A stretch of DNA of 64,000 nucleotides, taken from the NCBI GenBank assembly GCA_030390025.1, contig CM059441.1:24738001-24802000 (forward strand). The letters run 5' to 3'. This document shows positions 48,825 to 61,956 of this stretch, piece after piece. Both the position numbers and the translations under genes were made by a program. The notes beneath the pieces were generated by a model. That model was not told the origin of the DNA, searched no databases, and was given only the letters and a program-made list of their open reading frames with translations. Origin of the DNA: Squalus acanthias. Its lineage: Eukaryota. Position 1 is the stretch's first letter, and each line of letters starts with the position of its first letter.

Positions 48825-49230
48825 AGAAAGAATTAGTATTTATATAGCACTTTTCACAACCTCAGGACGTCCCAAAGCGCTTTACAGCCAATGAAGTACT
48901 TTTTGAAGTGTAGTCACTGTTGTAATGTAGGAAACGCAGCAGCCAAATTGTGCACAGCAAGCTCCCACAAACAGCAATGTGATAATGACCAGATAATCTG
49001 TTTTAGTGATGTTGGTTGAGGGATAAATATTGTCCAGAACACCGGGGAGAACTCCCCTGCTCTTCTTCGAATTAGTGCCATGGGATCTTTTATGTCCACC
49101 TGAGAGAGAGCAGACGGAGCCTCGCTTTAACGTCTCATCCGAAAGACAGCACCTCCGACAGTGCAGCACTCCCTCAGCACTGCACTGGGAGTGTCAGCCT
49201 AGATTTTGCGCTCAGCTTTCTGGAGTGGGA
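48825..49230 (-). mobile_element. DeuSINE
   Basis: Same family. Confidence 0.8.
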
Positions 49231-49232
49231 GC

Positions 49233-49712
49233 AGAGGAGGCCATTCGGCCCATCGTGCCTGGCCCAGCTCTTTGCTACAGCAATCCCAAATTAATCTCAC
49301 TGCTCCACGCTCTCGCCTTAGCCCTGTATTTTTCCTCTGCTTCAAATATTTATCTACCCTTCTCTTAAAAGGTGCAGTCATCTCTGCTTCAATTGCTCCC
49401 ACTGGTAAAGCATTCTGCGTTCCAACAGCTCCCCACAGAGAGACATGTCTTCCGCCATCGCTCCTCACTTTCTTAGTGCAATTTCAAATGGTGGCCTCTC
49501 ATCCTTGTCTCCTGTATTCACTCTATCAAAACTCTTCATAATTATATTAAAAATAAACAATAAATCCTCTCTCCACATTCTCTCCTCCAGAGGAAATGCT
49601 CCCAGTATCTCAGGTCTTTCCTCATTACTGGATTCCCATGTCCCTAGTATCACCCTGGTGAGTCTTTGCTGAATGCTTTCTACAACTTTAATGTCCCTTC
49701 TACAATGGGAGG
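49233..49712 (-). mobile_element. Older CR1 3' fragment
   Basis: Degenerate RRDIKVVESIQQRLTR...MKSFDRV. Confidence 0.72.
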
Positions 49713-49889
49713 CCAAATTCCTGCAACTGTGACTTTATTGTTGTCTTTTACAATTTTTTCATTTCTATTTTTGCTCTTGTACTCTATGCCACTGTTTATA
49801 AAATCCAAAATGCCACAAATTCCGAGTAGTTATGCATCAATTTCATTCTGTGAATTGGGGAAGGATACTCCCATGTGATAGTTGCCTTT

Positions 49890-50755
49890 ATACCTTCTCT
49901 ACATTCTACTGAAACCGTACACCTTCTCTACGTTCTAATGAGAGACTGTACACCTTCTCTACATTCTACTGAAACCCGTATACACCTCTCTACATAACCG
50001 TACACCTTATCTACATTCTATGAGGACTGTACACCTTCTCTACATTCTACTGAGAGACTGTACACCTTCTCTACATTCTACTGAAACCGTACACCTTCTC
50101 TACATTCTACTGAGAGACTGTACACCTTCTCTACATTCTACTGAAACCGTACACCTTCTCTACATTCTATTGAGAGACTGTACACCTTCTCTACGTTCTA
50201 TTGAGAGACTGTACACCTTCTCTACATTCTACTGAGAGACTGTACACCTTCTCTACATTCTACTGAGAGACTGTACACCTTCTCTACATTCTACTGAGAG
50301 ACTGTACACCTTCTCTACATTCTACTGAGAGACTGTACACCTTCTCTACATTCTACTGAGAGACTGTACACCTTCTCTACATTCTACTGAGAGACTGTAC
50401 ACCTTCTCTACATTCTACTGAGAGACTGTACACCTTCTCTACGTTCTATTGAGAGACTGTACACCTTCTCTACGTTCTATTGAGAGACTGTACACCTTCT
50501 CTACATTCTACTGAAACCGTACACCTTCTCTACATTCTACTGAGAGACTGTACACCTTCTCTACGTTCTACTGAGAGACTGTACACCTTCTCTACGTTCT
50601 ACTGAGAGACTGTACACCTTCTCTACGTTCTACTGAGAGACTGTACACCTTCTCTACGTACTACTGTGAGACTGTACACCTTCTCTACGTTCTACTGTGA
50701 GACTGTACACCTTCTCTACGTTCTACTGAGAGACGGTACACCTTCTCTACGTTCT
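49890..50755. repeat. Minisatellite, 31 bp unit with 29 bp variant
   Basis: TGAGAGACTGTACACCTTCTCTACATTCTAC and TGAAACCGTACACCTTCTCTACATTCTAC. Confidence 0.95.
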
Positions 50756-51120
50756 AGGCTGACACTCCAGTGCTGAGGGAGCGCTGCAATGTCGGAGGTG
50801 CCGTCTTTCAGGAAAGACGTTAAACCGAGGCCCCGTCTGCTCTCTCAGGTGGACGTAAAAGATCCCATGGGCACTATTTCGAGGAAGAGCAGGGGAGTTC
50901 TCTCCGATGTCCTGGGGCCAATATTTATCCCTCAACCAACATCACTAAAACAGATTATCTGGTCATTATCACATTGCTGTTTGTGGGAGCTTGCTGTGCA
51001 CAAAATTGGCTGCCGCGTTTCCTACATTACAACAGTGACCACACTTCAAAAAGTACTTCATTGGCTGTAAAGCGCTTTGGGATGTCCTGAGATCGTGAAA
51101 GGTGCTGTAGAAATATAAAC
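50753..51120 (+). mobile_element. DeuSINE at end of minisatellite
   Basis: Core and tail; head missing. Confidence 0.8.
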
Positions 51121-52170
51121 TTTTTACTACGTTAAAGGCGCTGTATAAAAACAAGTTGTTGTTGTTGTGCTTCTTTCTCTCTTTCTTTCTTTCTTTCTCT
51201 CTTTCTCTCTTTCTTTCTCTCTTTCTCTCTTTCTTTCTCCGCACACCTTCTCTACATTCCACTGAGCGATGGTAACCCTTTGGCCAAGCTGTCACCCTTT
51301 CCTAATATCCCCTTCTTTGGCTCGCCGTCCATTTTCCTTTCCTTTCTGTGAAGTACCTGGGGACGTGTTGCTACCCCAAGGTGCGCTGTTACATAAATGC
51401 AAGTTGTTGTCAGTGAGCGGCGAGGATTGGGAGGCAAGAATTTTAAAAAGAGAAAAAAGGAAGAGGGGAAAAGTAATAAATACTTTAACAACGAAAAAAA
51501 CTCGCACTGATTACAGCATTACCTCATGTGGGAATACCCCTTTAACCCTTCCCAACACTGCCTGTTTAGATAGCCAACACATATCTCAGTCTGCAAACTC
51601 CAAAAGAAAATCTGGTTAATGAAAGACTTTAAGGATCCATAGAGGATTTCCTGTACAGGGCTGGGTTTGTTTCCCAATAACTGTGAGCTAGATTAGCCAC
51701 ACTCAAAACACAATGGCTGGCCTGCTGGGCACAATAAGATTATTGGATTGACGGAGGGCACTGGGGAGGATTTCCTAAATCACTTCCTTCTGCAGCTATC
51801 AACTGCTTTGTAATTTATTATCGAGCAGGCTACAGCCCACAGGCCCTCAGCATGGAATAATTTATTCACCAAACACACTGGGAAAGCATTAGGCAAAGCA
51901 GTCAGGCACATCAGACCCTTCATTAGCACCAGTAAATGCGCCTTAAGAGAGACCCCAGCTGGTGTCGGCCTGCAGGGAGGGCTTCAAACACTCTCAGTCC
52001 CCCACCCCGCCCCCACCACTCCCCACAAACTAAATAAACAAATGTGCTTCATTAAATAAGCCCAACAGTTGTCCATTTCAGTTGGTCAGTGACACTGCTC
52101 GAGTGACAAGAGGGAAAGAACGAGAGGGACTTCAGAAGAGGTCTCGGTTTCTTTCGCGAATTTCTTTCAG

Positions 52171-52278
52171 GTTGCGACCTTCGTCGCTCCAGCGTCAGAT
52201 CTGCTTCCTTCAGAAGTTCACCAGCACGCAAGCTCCATTACGATGTTGCTGGTGTTGTCCTCCTGTGACCATATCAAG
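52171..52278 (+). other. Orphan exon-like segment of unknown transcript
   Basis: tttctttcag| acceptor and aag|gtaagg donor around 108 bp of unique sequence; two open frames; no protein recognised. Confidence 0.4.
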
Positions 52279-52327
52279 GTAAGGCCTCTTGTTAACCAAG
52301 ACAAATGTATATAGAGAAACGGAACGA

Positions 52328-53145
52328 CAGACTTGCATTTCTCTAGCGCCTTTCACAACCTCAGGACATCCCAAAAGCGCTTCACAGCCAATTAAGTTCT
52401 TTTTGAAGTGTAGTCACTGTCGTAATGTGTGAAACGTGGCAGCCAATTTGTGCACAGCAAGCTCCCACCAACAGCAATGACCAGATAATCTGGTTTAGTG
52501 ATTTTGGTTGTGGGATAGATATTGGCCAGGACACCAGGGAGAGCTCCCCTGCTCTTCTTCGAATTGCAGTGATATCTTTTACGTCCACTTGAGAGGGCAG
52601 ACAGGGCCTCGGTTTAACGTCTCATCCGAAAGACTGGAGTGTCAGCCTAGATCAGGTGCTCAAGTCTCTGGAGTGGGACTTGAACCCACAACCTTCTGAC
52701 TCAGAGGTGTTGAGCCACAGCTGACACAAGGAAGCAACAGCAGAAGTGTCAGCCATGCCTCTGTGGGCAGCACTCTCGCCTCTGCATCAGAAAATATTTG
52801 GTTTAAGTCCCACTCCAGAGACTTGAGCACAAAAATCTAAGCTGACTCTCCAGTGCAGTGCTGAGGGAGCGCCGCACTGTCGGAGGTAACTCTTTCAGAT
52901 GAGACACTAAACCAAGGCTCCAACTGCCTTCTTTGGCCAACGTTTATCCCTTAACCAACATCACTAAAACAGACGATCTGGTCATTTTAATTCATTGCTG
53001 TTTGTGGGAGCTTGCTGTGCGCAAATTGGCTGCCATATTTCCTACATTACAACAGTGACTACACTTCAAAAAGTATTTCAGTGGCTGTGAAGCGCTTTGG
53101 GACTTCCTGAGGATGGGACGGTGCTATAGAAATGCAAGTCTTTTC
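52328..53145. mobile_element. Head-to-head DeuSINE pair
   Basis: Minus copy 52328-52727 and plus copy 52747-53145. Confidence 0.78.
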
Positions 53146-53789
53146 TTTCTCTTTCACCTGTCGGTGCTGTGGTCACCCAATGTGCGGGCCTTGCTCAGGT
53201 GTAGCCCAAGTAGACCTGCTGGATTTGATAAGGCCGGTTGCCAGAAAGGTTGTGGGGCTGGAGGAGGTTACAGAGATCGGGAGGGGCGAGGCCGTGGAGG
53301 GATTTGAAAACAAGGATGAGAATTTTGAAATCGAGGCGTTGCTTAACCGGGAGCCAATGTAGGTCAGCGAGCACAGGGGGTGATGGGCGAACGGGACTTG
53401 GTGCGAGTTAGGATACAGCACAGAAGGACACCATTCGGCCCATCGTGCCTGTGTCGGCTCTTTGAAAGAGCTACCCAAATAGTCCCACTTCCCCTGTTCT
53501 ATCCCCATAGTTCTGCAAATTTTTCCTTTTCAAATTTATCCCCAATTCTTTCTTTTTATCCAAGAAGGTGCTCATGGGGAGCAATCATCAGAAGCACCTG
53601 AGCGAGAGAGGAATGAGAATTGCTGAACCAGTATTTCTGCTTGTAGCCCCGGTTTCAGAATGACAAAGATTTGCATTTATATAGCGCCTTTCACAACCTC
53701 GGGACGTCCCAAAAGCTCTTTACAGCCAATGAAGTACTTTTTGATGTGTCGCAGGTAGTGAGATGCCATTTCGCCACAAGACCTTCCAA

Positions 53790-54015
53790 CGGTGGCTCAG
53801 TTGGAGTTCCAGGTTCGTCTCTCAGTCGACGCTAAGTTAACTGATTCGAGGCAGGGCAGCAAATAAGACTGGCCTCGGCATCCCCCTGGCGACGGTCCCC
53901 GTTCCTGATCGCTGTCCACTCAGCCCTGCCGAAAGCGCTCCCGTCGTTCAGCTGTGCTGCCCCCTGCGGCCGAATAGTCTGCTGGCACTGGGCTCGTGCA
54001 TAAAGCAGGGGCTGT
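53790..54015 (+). mobile_element. Decayed LF-SINE-like copy
   Basis: ccaggttcg...ttcctgatcgctgtcca...ccgaatagtctgctggcact pattern; related remnants near 7550-7830, 21990-22090, 26085-26420, 31800-32000, 58670-58860, 61770-61940. Confidence 0.55.
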
Positions 54016-54959
54016 CTCCGAGTTACCGTGGAGCTCCCATGGGACCGAGCTGTGGTACGAGTCAGGGAGAGGGGCTGAGAGACAGCTCTATGAATTTGAA
54101 CGCAGCGGGATGAAAGTGGGTGAAACAGTGGCAAGTGGCAGGCACGCGATTGGGGGACATTATCCCCGTTTGCATTATCATCTTAGTCCTTCTGTTGCCT
54201 GGGCCCTAAGCTCTTGAATTCCCTCCCTAATCCTCTCCGCCTCTCCGCTTCTCTCTCCTCCTTTAAGACGCTCCTTAAAACCTACCTCTTTGACCAAGCT
54301 TTTGGTCATCTGCCCTAATTTCTCCTTATATGGCTCGGTGTCAAATTTGTTGTCTTATAACACTCCTGTGAAGCACCTGGGGACGTTTTACTACGTTAAA
54401 GGCGCTATATAAATACAAGTTGTTGTTGTTGTTTTGGAAAAGGAGCCTGGAATTTGCGCAAGTTAAATTTCGCACTTCTACCGCACAAGTACTGTGCCCA
54501 AAAGCGGCAAAAAATAAAATTGCGGGAGGGTGGGAAGAATGGTCACCTTTTTGTGAGCTTGTATTATTTCGGTAAGATTTTTATTTTGTTTGTGACTGAA
54601 GGTGAGCTCCAGCACCAAGATCGGGACTGAGGGCTGGAAGCACACTGGTAAAGTGCTAGCTCATTACTTTTCGCCTCTATCCCTTGATTGGGGTATTAAT
54701 CCCATTTAAAGGGCCCCGCCCCATATTAAAAGGAGCAGATGCACTGCAGTGACGAGTGTTGTTCTCCTTAAAAGAAAGACTTGCATTTCTACAGCGTCTT
54801 TCACGACCTCAGGACGTCCCAAAGCGCTTTACAGCCAATGAAGTGCTTTTTAAAGTGTGGTCACTGTTGTGATGTAGGAAAAGTGGCAGCCAATTTGCGC
54901 ACAGCAAGCTCCCACAAACAGCAATGTGATAATGACCAGATCATCTGTTTTAGTGATGC

Positions 54960-55555
54960 CTTAGAGCAGAGAAGGTTAAGGGGAGATTTGATAGAGGCGT
55001 TCAAAATCATGAAAGGTGTTGATAAGAGTAAATATGGAGAAACTGTTTCCACTGACAGGAGGGTCGGTAACCAGAGGACACAGATTTATGGTAATTGGCA
55101 AAAAAAACCAGGGGGGGAGATGAGGAGAATTATTTTACGCAGCGAGTTGTTATGATCTGGGAAATGCGCTGCTTGAAAGGGTGGCGGAGGCAGCTTCAAT
55201 AGTAACTTTCAAAAGGGAATCGGATACATACTTGAAAAGGAAGAATTTACAGGGAAACAACAACAGAAAACACTGGAAAAACTCAGCAGGCCAGGCAACA
55301 TCCGTGGAGAGAGAAACAGAGTTAACGTTTCAGGTCGAAACCCTTCGTCAGAACTGAGAAAAAAGCAGGAAATGAAACAGATAAAAAAGCAAGGGGGAGG
55401 CTAGGGGGAGGAATAAATGTGGTAAGTAGATATACAGGGATATGGGGAAAGAGCAGGGGGGGAGTGGGACCAATTGGATCGCTCTACTAAAGAGCCGACA
55501 CTGGCACGATGGGCCGAATGGCCTCCTTCTGTGCTTTGTGGTTCTATGATTCTGT
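54960..55555 (+). mobile_element. CR1 3' fragment interrupted by Penelope tail
   Basis: LEQRRLRGDLIEAFK; Penelope tail at ~55255-55430. Confidence 0.8.
55320..55355 (-). ncRNA. Minimal hammerhead ribozyme motif (Penelope family A), intact core
   Basis: AGUU-CUGACGA-AGGGU UUCG ACCU-GAAA-CGU-U-AACU. Confidence 0.75.
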
Positions 55556-56257
55556 GTCGAATGATTGCCTTACAGCGCTGCTGATCAGTAGCGTTAGTCT
55601 TAAACATTTATGGTGTTTTGGGAAGCTTAAGCACTATGGCTGGGAGGAAGAAATGTAACAGGTAAGGCAAACCCAAATCATTACTTCAAATTAAGGCAGG
55701 AAAATAGGACCAGAGGGACATTAATTGAAATGAGTGAAAAGTAAATTTAAAACAGATATTCGGAAGAACTTCTTTGCTAAACAAAAATAAATGGTTGAGA
55801 TAATCTGTCAAGCAGGATAATAGGGACAATGGCACTAGTTTGTTTATATAGGACTTGCTTTCATTTGGGTTCGGGGAGATGGGTTTACCGATGAGTCCGT
55901 TTCTGGAAATCCCATTACTAAATCCAGCTTCCTTATCCCAATAGCAGTCTGGTAGAATCCAGTATTTGTCCTGGGTCTACAATTCTGCCCTTGGGATTTA
56001 GTTAAGGAAAACACATTTGAGGTAATTGGCAAAAAAGCCAGAGGGGAGATTTTTTTTTTACTCAGCGAGTTGTTATGATCTGGAATGCGCTGCCTGAAAG
56101 GGTGGTGGAGGCAGATTCAATAACAGCTTTCAAAAGGGAACTGGGGATAAACTTGAAAAGGAAAAATTTTGCAAGGCTATGGAGCAAGAGCAGACAAGTG
56201 GGACTATTTGGATAGCTCTTTCAAGGAGCCGGCACAGGCATGATAGGCCTAATGGCC

Positions 56258-57155
56258 TACATAGGATTACATAGGATATATGGCACAGAAACAGGCCATT
56301 CGGCCCAACCAGTCCATGCCGGCGTTTATGCTCCACTCGAGCCTCCTCCTGTCTTTCCTCATCTAACTCTATCAGCATAACCCTCTATTCCCTTCTCCCT
56401 CATATGCTTGTCTAGCCTCCCCTTAAATGCATCTATACTATTTGCTTCAACCACTCCCTGTGGTAGTGAGTTCCACATTCTCGCCACTCTCTGGGTAAAG
56501 AAGTTTCTTCTGAATTCCCTATTGGATTTCTTGGTGACTATCTTATATTGATGGCCTCTAGTTATGCTCTTCCCCACAAGTGGAAACATTCTCTCTGTAT
56601 CCACTCTATCAAAACCTTTCATAACTTTAAAGACTTCTATTAGGTCACCCCTCAGCCTTCTCTTTTCCAGAAAAAAGTGAACCAGCCTGTTCATCCTTTC
56701 CTGATATGTATACCCTCGCATTTCTGGCATCATCCTTGTAAATCTTCTCTGCACCCTCTCCAGTGCCTCTATATCCTTTTTATAATATGGTGACCAGAAC
56801 TACACGCAGTACTCCCAAGTGTGGTCTAACCAAGGTTTGATACAGGTTTAGCATAACTTCCCTACTTTTCAATTCTATCCCTCTAGAAATAAACCCTAGT
56901 GCTTGGTTTGCTTTTTTTATGGCCTTGCTAACCTGCGCCGCAGCTTTTAGTGATTTGTGTATTTGTACTCTTCGATCCCTTTGTTCCTCTACCCCACCTA
57001 GACTCGCACCCTCCAAGTGATAAGTGACCTCCCTATTTTTCCTACCGAAATGTAATACCTCACAATTATCTGTGTTGAACTTCATTTGCCAATTATTTGC
57101 CCATTCTGCAAGTTTATTAATGTCCTCCTGTAACTTGTTGCAGTCTTCTTCTGTG
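56258..57155 (-). mobile_element. CR1 3' fragment
   Basis: ORFs 56359-56754 and 56780-57187 with WQMKFNTDNC, LVRPHL, WNSLP. Confidence 0.9.
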
Positions 57156-57429
57156 CTGTATCCTAATTCGCACCAAGTCTCGTTCACCCATCACCCCTGT
57201 GCTCGCTAACCTGCATTGGCTCCTGGTTAAGCAACGCCTCGATTTTAAAATTCTCATCCTTGTTTTCAAATCCCTCTACGGCCTCGCCCCTCCCGATCTC
57301 TGTAACCTCCTCCAGCCCCACAACCTTTCTGGCAACCGGCCTTATCAAATCCAGCAGGTCTACTTCGGCTACACCTGAGCAAGGCCGGCACATTGGGTGA
57401 CCACAGCACCGACAGGTGAAAGAGAAAGA

Positions 57430-57877
57430 AAAGACTTGCATTTCTATAGTGCCTTCCCGTCCTCAGGGAGTCCCAAAGCACTTCACAGCCAATGAAATAC
57501 TTTTTGGAATGTAGTCACTGCTGTAATGTAGAAAACGTGACAGCCAATTTGCACACAGCAAGCTCCCACAAACAGCAATGTGATAATGACCAGATCATCT
57601 GTTTTTTAGTGATGTTGATTGAGGGATAAATATTGGCCCCAGGACACCGGGGATAACTCCCCTGCTCTTCTTCGAAATAGTGGCCATGGGATCTTTTACG
57701 TCCACCTGAGAGAGCAGACTGGGGCCTCGGTTTAACGTCTCATGTGAAAGCGGCACCTCCGATAGTACAGCGCTGGAGTGACAGCCTAGATTTCGAGCTC
57801 ACGCCTCTGCAGTGGGGCTTGAATCCATGACCTTCTAACTCAGAAGTGAGAGTGCTACCCACTGAGCCACAGCTGAC
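57430..57877 (-). mobile_element. DeuSINE
   Basis: Same family, full length. Confidence 0.8.
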
Positions 57878-58377
57878 GACTTATGACAAATATGGGGCCT
57901 GAGGGGAGTGTTTGCATGTGGAGTTGTCTGTATGTAATGTATGAAGGTATTTGAAAGATACTAATTGATTTGATTAAGAAGAAAGATTTTGTGTTTGCCA
58001 GGCAGGCTGCCTGCCATCTCAGCCTGATGAGATTTGGCCATTTGGGGCCTGCTGTATGCTAATAGAGTTTAGACTGATAAATAGCCTCCACTAGCCAAAC
58101 CATTTGTCCAGACCTCGTCTACAAGTAACAACAGGGCCCAGCTGGGGTTAATATCTCCAGGGCCAGTGTCAAAATCACATTAAAGGTGCCCATTCCCCTG
58201 TGTACAAGGACAGTGCGGAGAGAAGATAAACTGAGCAGGTCCGAGGTGTTTAGGCATTTTTGAGCCTCTTTGTCGAAACCTGCGCTATTGCCACTGGTCC
58301 CTGAAGCACAGGGCAACCATGGGTACTGCCGTATCACGCTTATGTTACTGGTCTAGTAATGCCTGGATTACTAATGT

Positions 58378-58655
58378 TTACAGAGGGTCCCTGGGTGTAT
58401 GTTAATATTTAGAGAGGGTCCCTGGGTGTATGTTAATATTTACAGAGGGTCCCTTGGTGTATGTTAATATTTACAGAGGGTCCCTTGGTGTATGTTAATA
58501 ATTACAGAGGGTCCCTGGGTGTATGTTAATATTTACAGAGGGTCCCTTGGTGTATGTTAATATTTACAGAGGGTCCCTGGGTGTATGTTAATATTTACAG
58601 AGGGTCCCTGGGTGTATGTTAATATTTACAGAGGGTCCCTGGGTGTATGTTAATA
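58378..58655. repeat. Minisatellite, 31 bp unit, ~9 copies
   Basis: TTTACAGAGGGTCCCTGGGTGTATGTTAATA repeated. Confidence 0.95.
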
Positions 58656-59104
58656 ATCAGTCAGGGCCCCCACCCCTTCTCACTATCCAGTGACCCTATG
58701 CTGCAAAATGCCCCATATGTTCAAATGAGATCTGGATTGGGCTCGGCTGTGATGCTTCCCACAGCCAAATAACCCGGCAGCACTCACTGCGTAGGCTCAC
58801 ACACAAACAGTAGCGGCTTGGGTGAGGTCATGGGCCCCAGCGCAAGTGGCTTCAATAAAGAGCAGTGGAGAATACTGGAGAGAGGAAGGAACAAAGAGAT
58901 TGGTCTATAATTGAATTGGAAACCAGACCAGACTGACAGGCTGACTCAATATACAAAAGATGAGCTAAATATTCATGAGGTGGCCGGTTTAAATGAAGAG
59001 GTCTCCAAGATCTCCAGCTATCTTACTTGGGCATTGAGGACACACCAAACAATGAGACCCAAGGAGAGGGTGCAGAGTTTGTGGACAAAACAATAAGCAA
59101 ATGG

Positions 59105-59585
59105 GAACGGTAGTGTAGTGGTAATGTCACTGGGCTAGTAATCTCAGAGGCCTGGATTAATGATCCAAGAAATGTGAGTTCAAATCCCATCATAGCAGCT
59201 GGGAACATTTGAATTCAATTAAATAAATCTGGAATAATTACTATTATCAGTAATGGTAACAGTGAAACTATCTGGATTGTCATAAAAACCCATCTGGTTC
59301 ACTAATGTCCTTTAGCGGAAGGAAATCTGCTGGCCGAAATGTGACTCCAGACCCACAGCAATGTGGTTGACTCTTAACTGCCCCTCTGAAATGGCCTAGC
59401 CAGCCATTGTAACAAACCACTACAAAACATAATAACTCCCTACCTAACAGCACTGTGTGGTGGTACCTTCACCACATGGACTGCAGTGGTTTAAGAAGGC
59501 AGGTCACCACTACCTTCTCGAGGGCAATTAGGGATGGGCAATAAATGCTGGCCTTGCCAGTGATGCCCATAAATGAATAAAACAT
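59105..59585 (+). mobile_element. tRNA-derived SINE, same family as 35040-35470
   Basis: Colinear similarity to 35040-35470. Confidence 0.7.
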
Positions 59586-59984
59586 TTTTTTTTAAATCTC
59601 ATTGAACCGGCCCACTGAATGAGCCTCCAGAATTTATAAATGGGATGCAAGTCCCTGAAAGCGCAACGGTGAGGAGAACCTGTCAGCTTTCAGATGTATG
59701 TGTTCGATGCTGAATTACGGATTGATCAAGGGAGATAAATTCCTCCCACCCATGATCTGTTCAGCAGAGGCCAACGCATATATAATTCGAAAAATGTGTA
59801 CAAGATCGTGCTGCTGTGAGTTCTTACCCGCTACTGTACTTGACAAGCTATTCAGTGCACTGCCCATTACATGGACTCGAACATGTGAAGGAGAGACTGA
59901 TTATTCACAGCGTAGACACAGTCCTCCCTCTGTCTCCCTCCCTCTGTTTAGAGGTGGTTCTGTAATGTAAGCGAGACTATCTGA

Positions 59985-60697
59985 GGCTGAACCAGACTGT
60001 TCGCAACCTTGGCATCCTATTTGACCCCGAGCTGAGCTTCCGACCCCGTATCCTCTCCCTCACCAAGACCGCCTACTTCCACCTGCGTATAATTGCGTGT
60101 CTACGCTCCCGTCTCAGCCCGTCTGCTGCTGAAACCCTCGTCCATGCTTTTGTTACCTCCAGACTCAGCTATTTCAACGCACTCCTGGCTGGCCTCCTAT
60201 CTTCCACCTCTGCTCACAGGCTCTGCTGCCCCGTGTCCTAACTCGCACCAAGTCCCGTTCGCCCATCACCCCCTGGGCTCGCTGACCTACATTGGTTCCC
60301 GGTCCGACAACGCCTCGATTTTAAAATTCTCATCCTTGTGTTCAAATCCCTCCATGGCCTCGCCCCCCTCCCTATCTCTGTACCTTCCTCCAGCCCTACA
60401 ACCCCCGAGTACTCTGTGTTCCTCCAATTCTGGCATCTTGTGAATTCCCAATTTCTTTCGCCCCCTCCTAGGCCTTAAGCTCTGGAAATTCCTCCCTAAA
60501 CCTCTCCGCCTCTCTACCTCTCTCTCCTCCTTTAAGAACCTCCTCAAAACCTACCTCTTTGACCAAGCTTTTGGACTCCTGTCCTATCATCTCCTTATGT
60601 GGCTCGGTGTCAAATATTGTCTGGTTACACTCCTGTGAAGCACGTTGGGACGTTTTTACTACATTAAAGACACTATCTAAATGCAAGTTGTTATTGT
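59985..60697 (+). mobile_element. L2 3' fragment
   Basis: VRNLGILFDPELSF and L2 tail. Confidence 0.82.
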
Positions 60698-60861
60698 GGA
60701 GACAGCGAAGGTGGCAAAGTGCCATTGGCATCTAAGTTGGGTGGGTGTTTTCAGCAGGGCTGGGTGGGTGCTGCTGACTACCAGAAACTCTCTGCCTGCC
60801 CACAACTGGTCAGATCAGCAAGCTGGAGTTTACAAAGCTGTCCTCTGTGAACATAAGAGAG

Positions 60862-61213
60862 AACATAAGAAATAGGAGCAGGAGTCGGCCGTACGATCAA
60901 TAAGATCATGGCTCATCTTCAACCTCAACTCCACTTTCCCGCCCGATCCCCCATATCCCTCGATTCCCTTAGTGTCCAGAAATCTCTCGATCTCTGTCTT
61001 GAATATACTCAACAACTGAGCCTCCACAGCCCTCTGGGGTAGAGAATTCCAAAGATTCACCACCCTCTGAGTGAAGAAACTTCTCCTCATCTCAGTCCTA
61101 AATGGCCGACCCCCTTATTCTGAGACTGTGACCCCTGGTTCTAGACTCCCCAGCCAGGGGAAACATCCTCCCTGCAGCTGCCCCGTCAAGCCCTGTAAGA
61201 ATTTTATAACTTT
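60862..61213 (-). mobile_element. CR1 3' fragment
   Basis: RMFPLAGESRTRGHSLRIRG, FFTQRVVNLWNSLP. Confidence 0.86.
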
Positions 61214-61956
61214 CAGTGTTGGGGGAAGGTCCACGCTGGACAAGTAAAGTGACAGTCGCCACGTTTAAGCAGCAGTGTCGGTGCGATCCTGAATCGTCAG
61301 CTATCAGAATCCACCCCTGCAATGTAAACAGCGTGAGTTCAGACAAAAGAAAAATAGAAAGACTTGCATTTATAAAGAGAGAGAGCACCAGAATCCTTAA
61401 CACGCTGGAGGGCCACATCCGACTCCACAGTATAAATGTGCCCTAGCTCTCTCTCTCTCTTTCCTTTCTCATGCCTTTCTTTATCACACTCTCTGTTTAT
61501 GTCTGTCTCATTCTCTCTCTCTACACTCTGCGGGCAGGACCTGCTAGCTGCCTCATCCTGTGCTGTGTCAATGCCCCACTTCCCGTTGTGGATTAAGCTC
61601 TTCGATCGTGTCGGAGAAACCCCGAAGCTGCACATTCCCTCCTCTATTCATTTTGATTTTTAAAAGTTCTCGTTAATTTTCACCTGAAGGCACTGACTCC
61701 TTGTTGGGGCAGCGTTCTTCACAGGCACCAGCCATCCTCCGGTACCTCCCCCCAACTGTTCACAGCTCGTGTTGAAGACGAGCATTAGCAGGCTGTTCGA
61801 CTGCAAGGTGCATCACAGCGAAGCCTGATCCTGGATTCACTCGGTGCACGCGTGCTTCCAGTAGGGGTTGTTACACAGTGATCAGGAGCAGGAACCCCTG
61901 GCCGATTTTTCTTTCTCTGGCCCAGAGGTGCTGAGGCTATTTGCATGGTCTCCTGC

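Noticed and set aside
58378-58655. CRISPR-like 31-bp repeats
   Set aside because: Contiguous tandem units without spacers.
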